This document shows, in pieces, positions 38,915 through 48,730 of a DNA stretch of 55,186 nt. Both the position numbers and the translations under genes were made by a program. Source of the stretch: a virus (taxonomy: Duplodnaviria > Caudoviricetes). The notes beneath the pieces were generated by a model. That model did not search any database. It saw nothing but the letters and a program-made list of their open reading frames with translations, and was not told where the DNA came from. Numbering within the stretch: the first letter of the stretch is position 1; every line of letters begins with the position of its first letter. The DNA is taken from positions 1 through 55,186 of the IMG/VR virus record IMGVR_UViG_3300030098_001384. One strand, given 5' to 3'.

Positions 38915-39769
38915 CTATGTAAGACCAGCCATTTGGTCTTGTAATACCGGTGGTGTTTTTTGTTGGGGTGGAGGAGGTGGTGCTTCTTCTTGTTGAGCTA
39001 GTTTTTCCTCTGTTTCCTTCTTACCACGGTTGTTAATTTTTTCTAATCTGTCATACCCAATTATGTTTGCTAGTGCATCTGGTATGACAACTTCTCCATT
39101 TGATACAAGAATGTCTTCTGCATCAGTTGGAACTTTGCCAAAGTTTAATTTTATTCCTTTTTGTTCTGCATACTCTTTTGCAGATTGTATCATTTCATTT
39201 ATATCTTTTAACCCAGCGTGTCTTACTGCTGCTGCGTTTATTACAAATCCATCACTCTTTGCTGGTACATCATCAGCTACACCAGATTCATCTGCTCCGG
39301 CTACATCTACTACACCAACTGGTCCAGCTGCTACATCTCCGGGATTACCTGCGGGTTCTACATTTTCTTGAATAACAGGCGGAACACCTCCCTCAGCCAT
39401 TCTAGGCATTTCTTGAGGCCTTTCAGGAGCATTCTCAGGGGCATTTTCAGGCACTTCCCTCTGTACGGGCTGTAAAGGGGCCTGCATTTGATTTTGACCT
39501 TCTTGGGCTACCTCTATAGCCGGAGACTCTCCAGACCGCAATGCTAGGGCCTCTAATTCACCCGATTTTTGTAACTCCTCTACAGATTTTCCAGTATGGA
39601 CCTTTACCATCAACATATTGTATTCTTCTAACACAGGAATTATTTCTGCCAACCGTTTTTGTTCTTCCGGTGATAAATTCTGCTGAATTAGCCCTGCTAT
39701 GTTTTCAGATTCTGCAGCAGAACTACCTTCTGTCAAAAACTCATGGTCTAGTTCTTCAAAATTAAGCAT
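38915..39769 (-). CDS. Virion-associated protein with MAEGG motif and tape-measure-C-terminal-like segments
   Basis: ADDVPAKSDGFVINAAAVR and ILVSNGEVVIP...IGYDRLEKIN. Confidence 0.6.
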   Translation of the reverse strand: MLNFEELDHEFLTEGSSAAESENIAGLIQQNLSPEEQKRLAEIIPVLEEYNMLMVKVHTGKSVEELQKSGELEALALRSGESPAIEVAQEGQNQMQAPLQPVQREVPENAPENAPERPQEMPRMAEGGVPPVIQENVEPAGNPGDVAAGPVGVVDVAGADESGVADDVPAKSDGFVINAAAVRHAGLKDINEMIQSAKEYAEQKGIKLNFGKVPTDAEDILVSNGEVVIPDALANIIGYDRLEKINNRGKKETEEKLAQQEEAPPPPPQQKTPPVLQDQMAGLT

Positions 39770-40226
39770 CTTCTATTAACCCTGTTACATATTTAGCTCG
39801 TCTAGCTGTTTGTTTTGCCCACCGAGAGTTTCGTGCCTCTATAGCAGCTTCTTTAAAACGATTCTCTTTTAGTAATGCAAGAGTTTTTTTAAACTTTAAT
39901 AACCCTGTCATACCCAACTGAAATCTCATGTGCATCAACGCCATCTGTGCTTTTGCTGGTACAGCTCTCCACCAAGGTAAACTGTTGTCTAAACTTTTTG
40001 CACATTCGTCTATATCGTTGTGTAGTAAATAGATGGCTTCATCTTTTGTAATCTTGCCACCTTTTTCTGGATCTATTAATCTTCCTACACCAATTGTAGC
40101 ATAACCTTCACTATCTACATATTGATGAAGTACTAGCCCCTCGTGGTCTATCAACGAGTCTACCAGTTCAGATTTACGAAAACTATCTACTACTGTCATT
40201 TTTTTGCAAACATTTTTGTTGCCCAA
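39762..40226 (-). CDS. T4-type lysozyme (GH24) endolysin
   Basis: HEGLVLHQYVDSEGYATIGVGRLI catalytic E-x8-D-x5-T; SRWAKQT. Confidence 0.9.
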   Translation of the reverse strand: MGNKNVCKKMTVVDSFRKSELVDSLIDHEGLVLHQYVDSEGYATIGVGRLIDPEKGGKITKDEAIYLLHNDIDECAKSLDNSLPWWRAVPAKAQMALMHMRFQLGMTGLLKFKKTLALLKENRFKEAAIEARNSRWAKQTARRAKYVTGLIEDA

Positions 40227-40588
40227 CGAATACCGAGTGATGCAGATATTGCACCGATAAAGGTGTAACTATACCACTCTGGTGCATTTGCTACATATTC
40301 CCATCCTAACATTACAAACTCTTGTGTCCAAGGAAGGAATGATCCAATAAAAGGCAAAGTTATAACTAGCAATGCAAATTCATCTTTCCAACTGTACTGT
40401 TGTTGACGAAGTGCTTCTATGTCATAATTTATTTCTGATTCAGCTGTTCTTTCTATCTGTCTTATTTGAGCATTTACTTTTGCTTGTTCTACTTTTACTT
40501 TGTTTTCAGCTTTAATAGTGCGTTCTTGCATGTAAGACTTTACAGGTTCGCTGACTAAACTGATAATTGGTCCTAAAAAACTTAACAT
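40196..40588 (-). CDS. Holin-like membrane protein
   Basis: SWKDE followed by two hydrophobic helices; adjacent to lysozyme. Confidence 0.65.
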   Translation of the reverse strand: MLSFLGPIISLVSEPVKSYMQERTIKAENKVKVEQAKVNAQIRQIERTAESEINYDIEALRQQQYSWKDEFALLVITLPFIGSFLPWTQEFVMLGWEYVANAPEWYSYTFIGAISASLGIRWATKMFAKK

Positions 40589-40598
40589 TGTTTTTCCT

Positions 40599-42260
40599 TT
40601 AAATTATTGTATATGATCCCGTAAGATTTTTATGTAACATTTCAAATAATGTAGCTGGTCGTTCTCCGTAAGCAACTATATTTTGTGTATGACGACCATG
40701 ATAATCTTTTGGACTATTTGGATCTGGCCTTCCAGTGTCTCTTCTTGTTGTTACTGTAGTGTATTCTCCAGATAGCGGAGTATTTATTCCTGCGCTTACT
40801 GGATCTACTAATCCACCATTTTTATAGGCCATATCTTGATACCTCTTATTAAAATCTTCCATTTTTGCTTTATAATCTTCTTGGCTAGTAATTGGTTGCC
40901 CGTTATACGTTGGAGTTCCTGTAACCAGTCCTTCTGTTTCAAGTATTGCACGGATCATTGTACTAGAATCAGAATACCCAGTTTCTCCCGTGCTATCATA
41001 TCTTGCTAACCGAGGGTTTTCTTGAATAAATTTTTGCCAGCGGTTGCCATTAAATTGTAATCCAAAGTCTTTTACATATTGATTTACATAATCAGCTATA
41101 CTTGCCCCAACAGCCTGTCCACTTTCTTTTCTAAAAGCATTGTAACCATATCCTGCTGTAGTCATTAACTTATTAGAGCTTGCTTTTAGATCAACACCAC
41201 CAAACGCTGGTTTAGGTTTGCTTCCTCCAAAAAGATGACTCAATGCAAATTTTGCTGCGTGTAAAATAGCTATTGGTACAGCTGTTGCAGGATTAATGAG
41301 TGTTATAAGGCTTGTACCAGCTCCAAATAAATCTCCTTTTTTTATACCATCATATATACCATAAGCACTTGCAAGATTTCCTAATGTAGCCCATGTACTA
41401 GACGCTGTAGATTTTGCTTGTCCTGCTAAACCCGTTTGAAAAGGAACATTGCCTGATGCTCCTACGTTAGTAAATGTAGATAATCCTGTTTGTGTTCCAG
41501 CCCGTACACCTAAATTTGCTAATCCTGAAACTGCTCCTGAAGCAAAAGGCATCATAGAAACATTGCCTTGGCCTGCTAAAGATGCCGGTGGAGCAGAACT
41601 TAATCCTACGGAAGATTGTGTTGGGTATGTTCCTAGGTATCCTGTTGAATAAGGTTGGCGATAGCCTCCTTGTGAAATATCATAAGCTCCAGTAGTTTGA
41701 ATTTCTGAAGGTGGATTTGTAAAAAAATCTCTTATAGATTCATAACCTTTTATAGCATACCTTTTTGCTGGATCTACTAATTGTTGTAAGTCTAACTCAC
41801 CTATTGGTGGTGGAGTATCTAAATCTCCTTCAGCAGCTGCTTCGGCAAGTTCTTCTTCTGCTGTTTTTCCTGATATGCCTACAGGTTTTAATGCTGCATC
41901 TGGTCCTGTGCCTCTACCAATATTACTAAACTCTATTGGATCTGTAGTAAAAGGAGAAGAACTTTTAAAAACAGCATCTATTTTATCTGATGCAGATTCA
42001 GCATCTGGATCTTCAAAAGTAGATAAATCTCCAGTAAATAAATCTTTCTTTCTTAAATTTACAGCAATATTACCTTGAAGTTGCACATCTACTTTATTTG
42101 CATCACTAGGTTTTATATCTTCTGGAGTAAGAGACTCTGCAATATCTTTTTGCATCTTCTCAGCCATAGCAGTATCAAATTGACTTTCTGGTATTTTGCC
42201 AAAATTTTCTTGGTCTAAACTTACAGAAGCTGAGTCAAATGTGTTTTGTTCAATTGCCAT
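40599..42260 (-). CDS. Hypothetical virion protein
   Basis: ORF track; Gly-rich middle region; YKNGG motif. Confidence 0.6.
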   Translation of the reverse strand: MAIEQNTFDSASVSLDQENFGKIPESQFDTAMAEKMQKDIAESLTPEDIKPSDANKVDVQLQGNIAVNLRKKDLFTGDLSTFEDPDAESASDKIDAVFKSSSPFTTDPIEFSNIGRGTGPDAALKPVGISGKTAEEELAEAAAEGDLDTPPPIGELDLQQLVDPAKRYAIKGYESIRDFFTNPPSEIQTTGAYDISQGGYRQPYSTGYLGTYPTQSSVGLSSAPPASLAGQGNVSMMPFASGAVSGLANLGVRAGTQTGLSTFTNVGASGNVPFQTGLAGQAKSTASSTWATLGNLASAYGIYDGIKKGDLFGAGTSLITLINPATAVPIAILHAAKFALSHLFGGSKPKPAFGGVDLKASSNKLMTTAGYGYNAFRKESGQAVGASIADYVNQYVKDFGLQFNGNRWQKFIQENPRLARYDSTGETGYSDSSTMIRAILETEGLVTGTPTYNGQPITSQEDYKAKMEDFNKRYQDMAYKNGGLVDPVSAGINTPLSGEYTTVTTRRDTGRPDPNSPKDYHGRHTQNIVAYGERPATLFEMLHKNLTGSYTII

Positions 42261-42495
42261 TCCTGTTCATTTCCTTAAAGTTATCCTTCAGTTTGAGGAG
42301 CATTTCCAGTAAACCCGCTTTCCCCTGCAGCCGGTACACCTCCAACTCCGATGGTGCCATTACCAGTGCCGTTAAGGTCTGCTTGTGGAGGTCCTTCAGG
42401 TAGTCCTCCAACACCTGCCATTCCATCTTGTCCTGCCCCAGCAGCGGGGCTAGGGCCTTGAGTGGCTCCTTGAGCTTCTTCAGGTTGTTGGGCAT
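42250..42495 (-). CDS. Small portal-adjacent protein overlapping the portal C-terminus
   Basis: MPNNLKK...ELEVYRLQGKAGLLEMLLKLK; links portal to the next gene. Confidence 0.6.
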   Translation of the reverse strand: MPNNLKKLKEPLKALAPLLGQDKMEWQVLEDYLKDLHKQTLTALVMAPSELEVYRLQGKAGLLEMLLKLKDNFKEMNRNGN

Positions 42496-44389
42496 CTTGT
42501 AATCCTTTGAGTATTTCTGCGTAAATTTGTGCTTCATTTACATCATTAACTAAGCTATCTGGATCAATATCCTGTGATATAGCTAGTTCTTTTAATAAAT
42601 TTGGTATTTTAATAAATGGTGCAAGCATAGGGTTGCTTACAGTTTGTAGTAACATAGTTAATCGTTGTGAACGTACTTCTTTTTGCATTACAGAAGCAGC
42701 ACCTTTTGGTTTAATTTCTAAATCACCTATTATATCTGGATTATCATCATTAAACTGCATGTTCCATTGAAAGAAAGCTTCTCCCATAGGTTTTAGTAAA
42801 TAGTCATCTATGTTTTTAATAACAGTTTTTATAGATAATCCTGAAGAACCAAGCAACATAGATAATCCTGCAGCTGTTCTTCCTGTACCAGTTACACCAG
42901 TTTGTCCATGCATGATACTCGGTATACCTGTTTCTTCATCAGCTAATTGCCTTGCTTTATCATACATTTGTATGTTTTCACCAGCGGTACTAGGAAATTT
43001 TATACCGTTTACAGCGGTTCCAGTGACTCCTGATTGCCTTCTAAACACTTTTCCGGGAAAAATATCATAATTCTGTCCGGGTACAAGAGATGTCTCATCT
43101 ACGTCAAATACAAGGTTACCAGCTAGTGCTAAGTTATCTATAGCCATACGTACATGACCATTCATTAACATTTGTGCATCTTCCATGTTTTCTGGAACTC
43201 CTACACCCCATATTTGATAAGGACTAAGTTCATACGGAAATGCATAATATGGCATTCTTTCTGGTGTAAATGGATTAACACAAGCTCGTAAAACTTGTCC
43301 TCCAGAAATCCAGATATTTACTTGTGCTTGATCTAATGGATCTAAATCTTCACAACCCTCTATTCTCATACGTTGAGCAACGGTAGCATCTAACACACCC
43401 CAATATTCAAGTACCTCGTAACGTTCATGTTCATTATATGGTTCATTTTCATCATCACGTATTGTGTCTTCAAAATACTTTTCCATATAATTGCCACCAC
43501 CAGCAATAACTGTTCGTATAGCTTCTGGATCAAACATGGGCATATTCATAAGATTACGTAATTGAGAACGATTCATTTTATGACGTTGTATTACATATTC
43601 ACAATCATGTATGCTTGTTGCAGTTGGATCAGGATATATATCCCAAATACTTACTGCTTCAATACGGGGTACAAGCTTATCATATGGCATATAAGCTCTT
43701 CCTTCTGGTGTATCCTCCCATTTATGAATAGTTTTACCAAAATTAAATGGGCCTTTTATGATTCCTGTACCTAACAACGCTGATTCAAAAATAGAATGAC
43801 GTAAAACATTTACAGCATTAGTATCTGTAAGTTGGTCATGAATTACCTTTTCCATTGCCAATGCAGAAGATTTTGCTGGAGATATCTGCGGTTCACCCAT
43901 TTTAGCTGGACCTTCAGCTACAGGAGCTTCAGGACCAAACTTATTTATCATAGAACCTAAATAGTCTAAATTTTCATCCGCAGCTTCAGTTGCTCCCGGT
44001 GGAAAATCTCTTCCGTCACCCTCAAAACCATATGGATCAAGTATATCATCCGCAGGAGTTTTTAAATGAGCAAATTCTGCAATACCTTCTGGTATAGGTG
44101 TATGATCTACAGTCAATGGAAACTTTTTATTTGCAAATAAAATGTCTACAATTTGACCATAAGCAGCTAGTACTTTTGTCTTTGTTATTTTTATAAATAC
44201 TTTAGACTTTTCAGTACTTGTATACTGTGTAGTAGAATCATAAACTCCACGAAAGTTTTTATACGCTTTTAACCAGCGTTCTTCGTGAGTTTGTCTACCA
44301 TCTTCAGCGATACGCATACGATCTTGAATTAGTCCTATAACTCCAGAACCGTCAGATACTTCTTCTGTTATATCAGTTGGATCAGACAT
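42281..44389 (-). CDS. Portal protein
   Basis: KITKTKVLAAYGQIVD, IYPDP, GVGVPENMEDAQ, TAAGLSML; 702 aa. Confidence 0.9.
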   Translation of the reverse strand: MSDPTDITEEVSDGSGVIGLIQDRMRIAEDGRQTHEERWLKAYKNFRGVYDSTTQYTSTEKSKVFIKITKTKVLAAYGQIVDILFANKKFPLTVDHTPIPEGIAEFAHLKTPADDILDPYGFEGDGRDFPPGATEAADENLDYLGSMINKFGPEAPVAEGPAKMGEPQISPAKSSALAMEKVIHDQLTDTNAVNVLRHSIFESALLGTGIIKGPFNFGKTIHKWEDTPEGRAYMPYDKLVPRIEAVSIWDIYPDPTATSIHDCEYVIQRHKMNRSQLRNLMNMPMFDPEAIRTVIAGGGNYMEKYFEDTIRDDENEPYNEHERYEVLEYWGVLDATVAQRMRIEGCEDLDPLDQAQVNIWISGGQVLRACVNPFTPERMPYYAFPYELSPYQIWGVGVPENMEDAQMLMNGHVRMAIDNLALAGNLVFDVDETSLVPGQNYDIFPGKVFRRQSGVTGTAVNGIKFPSTAGENIQMYDKARQLADEETGIPSIMHGQTGVTGTGRTAAGLSMLLGSSGLSIKTVIKNIDDYLLKPMGEAFFQWNMQFNDDNPDIIGDLEIKPKGAASVMQKEVRSQRLTMLLQTVSNPMLAPFIKIPNLLKELAISQDIDPDSLVNDVNEAQIYAEILKGLQDAQQPEEAQGATQGPSPAAGAGQDGMAGVGGLPEGPPQADLNGTGNGTIGVGGVPAAGESGFTGNAPQTEG

Positions 44390-44407
44390 GCTGTTTCCTT
44401 TGTGTTA

Positions 44408-44644
44408 TTAACCGTGTTCGCCTTGAGTTACTTTACCTTCTATTTTACCAGCAGCATTTCTGTGATTAGTTTTAGATGATGGAGAATCTTGTGTTTGTTT
44501 AAATTCACCAGAATTTGCTCCCATTATCGTTGGATCTAATCCCTCACGGTGTAATGCACTTTCATTAGCTTCATTCATTGCACCATGTTTTACACTGCGT
44601 GTAATATAGTCGGAACTATAAGCTCCTTGTACTCCTTTTGGCAT
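44408..44644 (-). CDS. Small hypothetical late protein
   Basis: ORF track; SD AGGAGG. Confidence 0.7.
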   Translation of the reverse strand: MPKGVQGAYSSDYITRSVKHGAMNEANESALHREGLDPTIMGANSGEFKQTQDSPSSKTNHRNAAGKIEGKVTQGEHG

Positions 44645-44670
44645 AATTGCCTCCTTTTGGTTGGTTGTTG

Positions 44671-46311
44671 TTAAAATCCTAGCTCGTTCATAGCTTCAAC
44701 TATACGAGCATCTTGTTCTTCACGTTCTCTTTCTTTTTGCTGTTGTTCTCCTCTTAGAACTCCTTTTCGTATTTCAGCACCACGTGGATTATACCCTTCC
44801 ATCTCAAATAATTCAGAAGCAACAGGAGATGGTTCTAAACCTATGGGTGATAATGCATCTGGAAAATCAAACGGTGCTGCTTCTGTATCAAATACCTCGT
44901 AGCCCACCCCTGTTCCTACAATTGCAGCTACAGGTTTACCTATTTTTGTTCTTGCTATAAGATCTAATACTTTTTGTGAAAGTTTTTTTGGTTTCTTTAA
45001 CATGTCGTCTGTTTGTGCTCTTATCTCTGCAGCCTTTTGTTTTTTTTCTGCAGCAGATAGTTCTTTACGAGCAATATAGTCATCAGCATCAGCTTGCCCC
45101 ATTGCTCTTACAGATTCCGATTGATTTAAATCTATGGTTGCAGGAGAGGATAGTACTGTTCCAGCTGCTGGTAAAGACTCCTTAAATCCTTTTACAAGTT
45201 GTGTTGAGTAGATTTCGTCTGTTAATAAATCTTGTGTAACTGCAATTCTAGCTGTCTTTTCTGATACGTTATCATACCCTAAATTACTTAATAGTTGACT
45301 TACAGAATTTGTTCCTGTATATGCAGCAACTTTAGCAGCTACCATATTACCAGATTGTGTTACTTTATTTTTGTTTGTTCTACTTGTTACATATCCCGCA
45401 CCTTCATCTACACCTGCTCTTCCGGTTGCTATTCTTCTTTCAGAATCTGGTGTTCCTAACTCTACATGCATAGATTCATTTGCATTTCTAAAATTATAAG
45501 AAGTAATGTTTTCTGTAACATATTTTTCTACGTTAGGTTTATATACTTGTACCCCATCTGGAAAAGCTATTTTTAAATTATCATTAATAATTTTTGTAGA
45601 ACCTTTAATGTCAGCAAAAAGTGGTCCAGAAGTACGATTACCTTTTTGTACTCGTAATATATCTAATATAGGATCAGACAAAATTATAGTTTTTTTACCG
45701 CTTTTAGTAGCTGCAGCGTTTATAACACCTGCATTAAAATTTATTTTTTCTATATTTAATCCATCCATATCAGACGGTCTAAATCCTCCAAGAAACATAA
45801 CAGAAGCTAAATTTTTTGCTTCACCATCTAAATTTGCAATAACAGAAGGAACCTTTTTGTAAAAATTATCTGGAAGTTCACTTATTATTTTTCTAGCACG
45901 TCTTTTACTCCAGCCAGATGCATCTTCGTAGGCCTTTGGGCCAACTTCTTTTTCTAATAAAGTAGAAAGATACCCCCCACGTTGTGATAACCCTGCACCT
46001 TCAAATACAGCATTTAATCTTATTATAGATTTAAGAACAGAAGCTTTTCCTCTTTTTGCTAAACTTCCTGTTATAAAAATATTTTTAAGTAACTCACCCT
46101 GTCCTTGAACTTGATTTGGAGTTAATTTAAGAAAAGTAGTCTTTTTTCCTTTACCTAAATTTATAGTATCTAAAGATAACAGTTTTTTTACAGCTGCAAC
46201 TTCCCCTTTATTATTAGGATTTTTTTTAACTTCAAGATCAAGTAACTCATCAAATGTCATATTCATTCTATCAGCTACTGCACTTTTACCTGTAAAATCT
46301 ATTTCAGCCAT
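44671..46311 (-). CDS. Tyrosine recombinase/integrase-like protein with divergent active site and C-terminal extension
   Basis: GGFRPSDMDGL, ATKSG, YNFR, TGR, AGY in lambda-Int order. Confidence 0.65.
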   Translation of the reverse strand: MAEIDFTGKSAVADRMNMTFDELLDLEVKKNPNNKGEVAAVKKLLSLDTINLGKGKKTTFLKLTPNQVQGQGELLKNIFITGSLAKRGKASVLKSIIRLNAVFEGAGLSQRGGYLSTLLEKEVGPKAYEDASGWSKRRARKIISELPDNFYKKVPSVIANLDGEAKNLASVMFLGGFRPSDMDGLNIEKINFNAGVINAAATKSGKKTIILSDPILDILRVQKGNRTSGPLFADIKGSTKIINDNLKIAFPDGVQVYKPNVEKYVTENITSYNFRNANESMHVELGTPDSERRIATGRAGVDEGAGYVTSRTNKNKVTQSGNMVAAKVAAYTGTNSVSQLLSNLGYDNVSEKTARIAVTQDLLTDEIYSTQLVKGFKESLPAAGTVLSSPATIDLNQSESVRAMGQADADDYIARKELSAAEKKQKAAEIRAQTDDMLKKPKKLSQKVLDLIARTKIGKPVAAIVGTGVGYEVFDTEAAPFDFPDALSPIGLEPSPVASELFEMEGYNPRGAEIRKGVLRGEQQQKEREREEQDARIVEAMNELGF

Positions 46312-47936
46312 CAGTATCCAAATTCCTCACTAAATGTTGGTTCATATCGTTGTGTTTGTCGTCTACTATAAAACGGTGTGCTTGAATTATGTAAAGATCG
46401 TACCATCATCATATACCGTAACGCATCATATGCGTGATCATCTGCTTTTGTATCTACATCCTCTGGGTTGTGTTTAGATAAAGGTAATGTAGGCAATGTT
46501 CTTACAAGATTAGTGCAATTTTCCATAATACGAACTCTTGGTTGTCCTCGGCTATCACAGGCCAATCGTCTGTGAACTTCTATCTTTCCTGCCAATCTAT
46601 TTCTATCTGCTGGCACCCATCTACACCCTTTTCTATTCATTGTTTCTGCTATACTTGGTCCTAGACCTACTTTATTCCAACAGCTGGAGTCTAGTACATT
46701 GATTTGCATAATTGGATCGTTTCTTTCTAGCTCTAGAACCAAGTCTCCCAATGCTTCTCCGGTTTGATTTTTTATGTATAATTCTCTATAGATCCAGATG
46801 TTGTTATCCCAGTCTATAGCACCCCATAAAATACAAGAAGGGCTGCTGTAACCATAGTCTCCGGAACGTATCCTAGTCCAGCCATCGGGAGGATCAAAGG
46901 TTTCCACCACATGTAAGGTTCTGCTGAACTCTGTAAAGGCTGCTCCTTCTGCAACATCCCAATCTCCTTCTAAAAGTCTTTTTCTTTCTACCTCTGGAAG
47001 TGAAAGCAACATTGCTTCATACTGTCCATCTATAGCAAGATATGGATTATCTGTCAACCTTGCTGGTATAAATTTTTTTAAAAATAACGGTTCGCCTGAT
47101 TTAGTATGACCAACCGGATAACGAATAATTTTATTTGTATCAAAATCCTTAGCCCAAAATGCCTTATTTGGCGGTGAAGGATCTATGTACATCTTCTTTA
47201 CCCACCAACCTCCAACACCACCGGGATTAGCTGTGCACCTCATATATAGGCCAAGCTGTGGATCGGTGCTTCTCAATCTGGATCTTAGGTAATTCCACAC
47301 GTATGGTGTGGGATACTGTGTTATTTCGTCTATACCTATCCAATTAAACGCTTGTCCTTGATATCTTGTTACGTCTCTGTCATCATCTACGTAAGAAAAC
47401 CATATTTTTGCCCCAGATGGAAACTCCCATGTAGATTTTGCCTGTTTAAATACTGCTCCGGGTACAGCTTTTGTATATAATTGCCTACTTTTGTCTATTA
47501 ACTCTGTTAATTCTGGTAAAGTACGTCTTAAAAGCAATCCTCTGTGGTTTGGATTACCTACATCTCTTAAAACATCGGCTAAAAGTGCGTATGATTTACC
47601 CCCTCCAGCTGCTCCACCGTATAATACGTCTCTTTCTGGGCTTTCTAAGAACTCAGACTGTGGTCCATCATTAGCTTTGAATACAACTTCGTTCTCTGCT
47701 ACATGATTTCTTACTTTTTCTGGTAAAGCAAGGAGTTCTTCTTCTGTTATCGGCTCTTTTCCAACCCCTTTAAGAGCTGCATCTATTTTGCCGATGCTTT
47801 CTTGTAGCTTATTTGCCCTGTATCGTGCATTTATAGCACGTTTTGATTGTTTTTTTGCATTTGCTCTAGCGTTAGATAGCTTTGTTGAAATAGACTTTCG
47901 TATCTTTTTACTATCAAGCTTGGCTGTTTTTGCCAT
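46311..47936 (-). CDS. terL: Terminase large subunit
   Basis: YGGAAGGGKS Walker A, IGIDE Walker B, TANPGG, DYGYS, DHAYDALRY. Confidence 0.95.
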   Translation of the reverse strand: MAKTAKLDSKKIRKSISTKLSNARANAKKQSKRAINARYRANKLQESIGKIDAALKGVGKEPITEEELLALPEKVRNHVAENEVVFKANDGPQSEFLESPERDVLYGGAAGGGKSYALLADVLRDVGNPNHRGLLLRRTLPELTELIDKSRQLYTKAVPGAVFKQAKSTWEFPSGAKIWFSYVDDDRDVTRYQGQAFNWIGIDEITQYPTPYVWNYLRSRLRSTDPQLGLYMRCTANPGGVGGWWVKKMYIDPSPPNKAFWAKDFDTNKIIRYPVGHTKSGEPLFLKKFIPARLTDNPYLAIDGQYEAMLLSLPEVERKRLLEGDWDVAEGAAFTEFSRTLHVVETFDPPDGWTRIRSGDYGYSSPSCILWGAIDWDNNIWIYRELYIKNQTGEALGDLVLELERNDPIMQINVLDSSCWNKVGLGPSIAETMNRKGCRWVPADRNRLAGKIEVHRRLACDSRGQPRVRIMENCTNLVRTLPTLPLSKHNPEDVDTKADDHAYDALRYMMMVRSLHNSSTPFYSRRQTQRYEPTFSEEFGY

Positions 47937-48207
47937 CTAAATACGTTCCTAACTTACTACGTTTTTTTAATCCCTCGTCAGAGATATACCTATCTGTTTT
48001 TGCTAATAACCATTGGCTTGCTTTTCGCCATCCACAAGACTTTGCATAAGTTAATGCTTGATCTAGTGCTTGTAGTTCTTCTGGTATAGGAGATAAATGT
48101 TTTTCATCTTCTGTATCTAACACATACCCAAATGGTATAGTACTGGTTTTTCTTCTTATCTTACCACCGGCTACTTTCATTAAACAAATTCCCCTGTTTT
48201 GAATCAT
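47914..48207 (-). CDS. Small recombinase-like/HTH protein upstream of terL
   Basis: IPFGY...RKASQWL...ISDEGLKKR. Confidence 0.6.
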   Translation of the reverse strand: MIQNRGICLMKVAGGKIRRKTSTIPFGYVLDTEDEKHLSPIPEELQALDQALTYAKSCGWRKASQWLLAKTDRYISDEGLKKRSKLGTYLDGKNSQA

Positions 48208-48391
48208 ATAAATTATCTATTGCTTGTATTTTATCAGTGTTCTCTGCAATAACACCTAACCACTTATCCATTTCTGCTGTAATATCAGAATGTTCTCCAA
48301 TACCTACAGCAGAATGCGATAAAACATCAAGATTAGCCTTAGCTATTTCTATTTCAGCTCCGTACTTTTTTCTTAATGCCTCTAGTCTCAT
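48161..48391 (-). CDS. Conserved phage hypothetical protein
   Basis: AKANLDV...AVGIGEHSDI motif. Confidence 0.7.
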   Translation of the reverse strand: MRLEALRKKYGAEIEIAKANLDVLSHSAVGIGEHSDITAEMDKWLGVIAENTDKIQAIDNLYDSKQGNLFNESSRW

Positions 48392-48394
48392 AGT

Positions 48395-48565
48395 TTAACC
48401 TTTTCTTTCGCCTACAAAGAAGCCAATAGCACCAGCACAACCACAGCAAATCATAACAACACTTTGCCATAGATCATTTGGTACCATTATGCCTAACATT
48501 GCAAATACACCACTAAGTGCTGCATAAGATGAAGGTTCTTTAAATCTATTCATTAATTCAACCAT
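48395..48565 (-). CDS. Small holin-like membrane protein (56 aa, not in track)
   Basis: MVELMNRFKEPSSYAALSGVFAMLG...; two TM segments; SD AGGAGG. Confidence 0.65.
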   Translation of the reverse strand: MVELMNRFKEPSSYAALSGVFAMLGIMVPNDLWQSVVMICCGCAGAIGFFVGERKG

Positions 48566-48725
48566 TATCGTTTCCTCCTTTAGTTGATGTCATACATGCA
48601 CAAGGATTATCTTCTGTACATGTACAGTTTTCACAGTCACAATTTTCGCATGTACAAGTTTTGTTCTTTTTAGAGTACATGTTGTCGTAGTTTTCGTAGT
48701 TTTCTGTACCTATAGAAATTGCCAT
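48558..48725 (-). CDS. Metallothionein-like Cys-rich peptide (55 aa, not in track)
   Basis: MAISIGTENYENYDNMYSKKNKTCTCENCDCENCTCTEDNPCACMTSTKGGNDNG; SD GGGAG. Confidence 0.65.
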   Translation of the reverse strand: MAISIGTENYENYDNMYSKKNKTCTCENCDCENCTCTEDNPCACMTSTKGGNDNG

Positions 48726-48730
48726 ACTCC

